DNA of 64,000 bases from a virus (taxonomy: Duplodnaviria; Caudoviricetes): positions 1 to 64,000 of IMG/VR virus record IMGVR_UViG_2756170314_000001; one strand, 5' to 3'. Positions 61,068-64,000 of this stretch are shown piece by piece. The number at the start of each line of letters is the position of its first letter. Within the stretch, counting starts at the first letter, position 1. The notes beneath the pieces were generated by a model. It searched no databases and had not been told where the DNA came from. It worked only from the letters and a program-made list of their open reading frames with translations. The position numbers were made by a program, and so were the translations under genes.

Positions 61068-62348
61068 TTATGAATAAGACACTTCATCTTTATCATCTCG
61101 AATTCTATTTAATGAAGGCTGCCGTAAAGATAAACCTCCATGTTCATTTTTACTTTCTTGAAAGTATTTAATCTCAACAATCTTCCCAACCACCAAGGAT
61201 GGATCTTTCCAAAAATCAACTTTCCATTTCTCTTTTAATCCAGCTACGGCCACTCGATGTCCTTTGTAATCAACAATAATTGATCCACATTTACCTCCAC
61301 GTATATCTTCCACAACATCTAAACAACGTAAATCTGCTTCTTCTTCTGGTTTTACTTTTAAAATGCTAGGAGACTTTTTCAATTCAAATATTCCATCCGA
61401 TAAATGAATTATTAATCCTTCTTCCCCACGGCCAATTGCTTCAAGAAACAAGTCATCAATAACATCCTTGTCATTTCCAACATAGAATTTAGGAACAACC
61501 GAAATTAACGAATCTGCCGGCAGAGACTTCTTGATCGTTTCTTCTAAAAAAGAGCGTCTAGTTTTGTAAGGAACATCAAAAACACCTTTTTCATAATCAT
61601 CAATTGGAATCATGTCGAACAACAAAAATCTAACGTCTTTTTTAATTCCGTGTTTCTTCAAACGACTTTGAGTTGCTCGGAATAAGTCCGATGAGGAAAG
61701 GTTATCTCTATTCACGTTTACGAGTTCTCCTTCATAAACAAATCCTGTCGGAAGTTTTTTCATTAACTCTTCGAGTTCAATTAATCCTTCGTATTTGGCA
61801 CCGGTGGTTGTAATGAATTCGCTGCCTTCTTCCAAGTTCTTCGTTGTTGATCTGAAGCCATCGACTTTAAGTGAGACAATGAACTCTTCTCCTTTTGTAA
61901 GGTGTTTTTCAGGATTGTATTTTTGACCTTTCATAACCTTGTGTTTACTGATAAACCCTTTACCGTATACTTTATTCAAAGTAGTTGAAGAGATTCCAAT
62001 CGGCAAATCTTTTGTTAATATAGATTTGGCCAGTTCCCGTTCTTCTTCTGTTTTAAGTTGCTTTAAAAAGATCTGAATTGATTGGATTATTTGATCAGAT
62101 CCGGTATTGTAAAGAATTACGTAAGCCATAGCATCAAAGATGGTTTCAAGTTGAGTATAAGTCGGCAAACAAACTTCTTTTTCGATCTTCTTTTTTGCTA
62201 AACCCGTTTTAACAAGTGGGTCGTAAACAAACTTGAAAATCTCCTTTAAACCCTCAACATTTTCGTATTTTCTTAGTAATTCTTCTTTTCCTTTTCGGCT
62301 TGATTCATTTTTAATCTCCTTAAAAATTTCAACGTATTTCTTCATCAT
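61068..62348 (-). CDS. ATP-dependent DNA ligase
   Basis: KVDG motif I, YEGEL, LFDM, EGLII, LKVK; likely ATG at 62348 after AATCGGAGG. Confidence 0.92.
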   Translation of the reverse strand: MMKKYVEIFKEIKNESSRKGKEELLRKYENVEGLKEIFKFVYDPLVKTGLAKKKIEKEVCLPTYTQLETIFDAMAYVILYNTGSDQIIQSIQIFLKQLKTEEERELAKSILTKDLPIGISSTTLNKVYGKGFISKHKVMKGQKYNPEKHLTKGEEFIVSLKVDGFRSTTKNLEEGSEFITTTGAKYEGLIELEELMKKLPTGFVYEGELVNVNRDNLSSSDLFRATQSRLKKHGIKKDVRFLLFDMIPIDDYEKGVFDVPYKTRRSFLEETIKKSLPADSLISVVPKFYVGNDKDVIDDLFLEAIGRGEEGLIIHLSDGIFELKKSPSILKVKPEEEADLRCLDVVEDIRGGKCGSIIVDYKGHRVAVAGLKEKWKVDFWKDPSLVVGKIVEIKYFQESKNEHGGLSLRQPSLNRIRDDKDEVSYS

Positions 62349-62477
62349 AGTAGTTGAGTCCTCCGATTTTTCTTTATTTATTTCGAGTAACGAAATAATA
62401 TTATCACTTCTTTTTTGAGTCGTACACATTGATTACAGAATATTGCAAAAATAATAGCTAGATATTTGAATCTAGCT

Positions 62478-62780
62478 CTATACACATGCAGCCATTCTTT
62501 TTGCCATCCTTTTTCTTTTCTCAATAGCTTCATGGTTATTATTACGAGATCGTTTAATAACGGTTGTAAGTATCCAGCGATTTCTTTCTTTTACAAAGAT
62601 GAATTCCTTACTATTTCTAGTAAAGATATGCCTCACATTACCGTTATTCACTATCTGCTTTATATTTAAGTTTCTTACATCACGCTTAATCCTACTTTCA
62701 ATATTTTTACGGCATTCGCCTACTCTTTGTTCATATCGCTGTATTACGTGATTAGTAATGATAAAGTCTTCAAACATCAT
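62478..62780 (-). CDS. Small basic hypothetical protein
   Basis: ITNHVIQRYEQRV pattern; SigN promoter and RBS. Confidence 0.6.
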   Translation of the reverse strand: MMFEDFIITNHVIQRYEQRVGECRKNIESRIKRDVRNLNIKQIVNNGNVRHIFTRNSKEFIFVKERNRWILTTVIKRSRNNNHEAIEKRKRMAKRMAACV

Positions 62781-63727
62781 ATCTCCCTCCGATTAATGTA
62801 TGTAGTAGTTGAGTGAAAGTGGTGCTGCTGAATTGGTTATCTAACAACACCACTTTAGAAATGTCTGATAATTGGTATGATTATATCTGGCTCTATTAAA
62901 ACGTAAACCACATTAGCGAATTAATTTAATATGCCAATGCTAAAGCATTGTCTATTCGAAATTACTTACGTAATTTCTCATATGTTTATTTAATTTATTA
63001 TTTAATTTATTCATTAATAATTAATTGATATATAAAGACCATAGCTATTCGTAAGCATCCATGAAGATTAAGTTTAGAATTCTTACGACCACATCTAAAC
63101 AACTATACGTTCTTCTCCAGTGTTGATTTATAAGTTAATTCTTATTGGCTCAAACACTTAAAGCACATGACAACGGATAACATTACTAATCAACTGCAAG
63201 TCAATGATAAGGATGGTCAATGACGATTGATTAGTCTATCCATCGATCCCAGCGAAGATGAAGAATCTTCACCACCATTAATTGCTTAATGGTATTTGCA
63301 ACGGCGAGATAACCTTGGAGTTATTTGATAAAGGAGTGAACTCTCAGCTTCAAATGTCTCCGTGATTATTGAGTTGTGCAATATATTTATATCTGAGAAT
63401 GGTGAAACGTAAATTGGTAGGGAGAAATCAAACAAGAGTGAGGAAAATTCACACACGAAAAATTCGGGTGGAGTTGAAAATGATTGCCGCCTGCTCCGAG
63501 AGTTGGATCGAGGTTTGAAAAAGTAGCCGCCTACCCTTTCGGGAAAAAAATCGGTCTCGACAGGAATAACTGGAGGAGGTCCGTTCACACCAACCATCCC
63601 AAAACGCCCAAATTGTGTTGAAATTTAGGAGAAGGAACAAGAATTTTGTCATTCTTTGTTATAGAATAATAGTTAGATGGATATAATAAACATATAGAGA
63701 AAATAACCTAGTTGAGGGGGAAAATTT

Positions 63728-64000
63728 TTGTATTATAGGATTGGGACTATTAAGACAATAAAAGAAGGAGAACACGAAGTTGATATTAAAAGAGACTTCA
63801 CTCAAGAAGAACAAGAAAAATATTTTCAGTACAGAAAGTACCTTGGGCTACATATAAATAACAAGAATTTATATAATCTAATTGTAAGAAATGGAGAAGA
63901 ATTTGAACATTTTTTAGATACGATTAAAGATAAAGACCCGTCAGAAATAGGAAGCCCAGATTATGTTGTATTTGAAGCCAATAGGTTATTTATGAATTAC
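63728..64000 (+). CDS. Hypothetical accessory protein, 3'-truncated by window
   Basis: GAGGGG RBS, TTG start, frame open to the window end (...EANRLFMNY). Confidence 0.5.
   Translation, partial: MYYRIGTIKTIKEGEHEVDIKRDFTQEEQEKYFQYRKYLGLHINNKNLYNLIVRNGEEFEHFLDTIKDKDPSEIGSPDYVVFEANRLFMNY

Noticed and set aside
12992-62814. AGTAGTTGAG repeats as a DNA operator or CRISPR-like repeat
   Set aside because: The motif is non-palindromic, dispersed, tied to start codons rather than promoters, and has no regular spacers; there are no cas genes.
63286-63652. ORFs 63286-63597 and 63449-63652 in a GC-richer patch
   Set aside because: No clear RBS or motifs, and one is crossed by a SigN promoter; possibly a gene remnant.
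1-64000. Many short antisense or overlapping ORFs in the track (e.g. 1556-1777, 8164-8502, 16016-16447, 33102-33458, 51826-52224)
   Set aside because: They are shadow frames of well-supported genes, with no RBS or recognisable motifs.
1-64000. tRNA/rRNA genes, IS elements, rapP/phrP
   Set aside because: None recognised by eye in this window; tRNAscan or HMM searches would be needed to exclude them.

Overview
This window is about 64 kb of a Bacillus subtilis-group phage-plasmid of the pBS32/pLS32 family. Family markers recognised are repN with internal iterons, alfA/alfB/parN, sigN and the 30-aa comI. The left end (+ strand) holds tail/RBP genes, a lysis cassette, a tyrosine recombinase and an LXG toxin-immunity pair. 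The rest is almost all on the - strand and includes TA/defence genes, ArdC, type II topoisomerase subunits, an SPbeta-like replisome (DnaE, primase, helicase, RecJ, SSB, Sak4-like ATPase, ligase, RNase H, RusA), ribonucleotide reductase and many nucleotide-metabolism genes. About 23 SigN-type promoters (TTTACG-N14/15-GATATA) drive these genes. The main candidate for an undescribed system is a ~67-nt + strand small RNA at ~20159-20225, with its own SigA-type promoter and terminator. Its three single-stranded segments are complementary to motifs in the translation-initiation regions of more than 20 phage genes, and most substitutions in the target sites keep G-U pairing. This suggests one multi-target antisense RNA that represses the lytic/replication programme. 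Also seen: a probable repN antisense RNA, type I toxin-antitoxin architecture around comI, and a dispersed 18-bp palindrome. All calls are from reading the sequence by eye; no searches were run.
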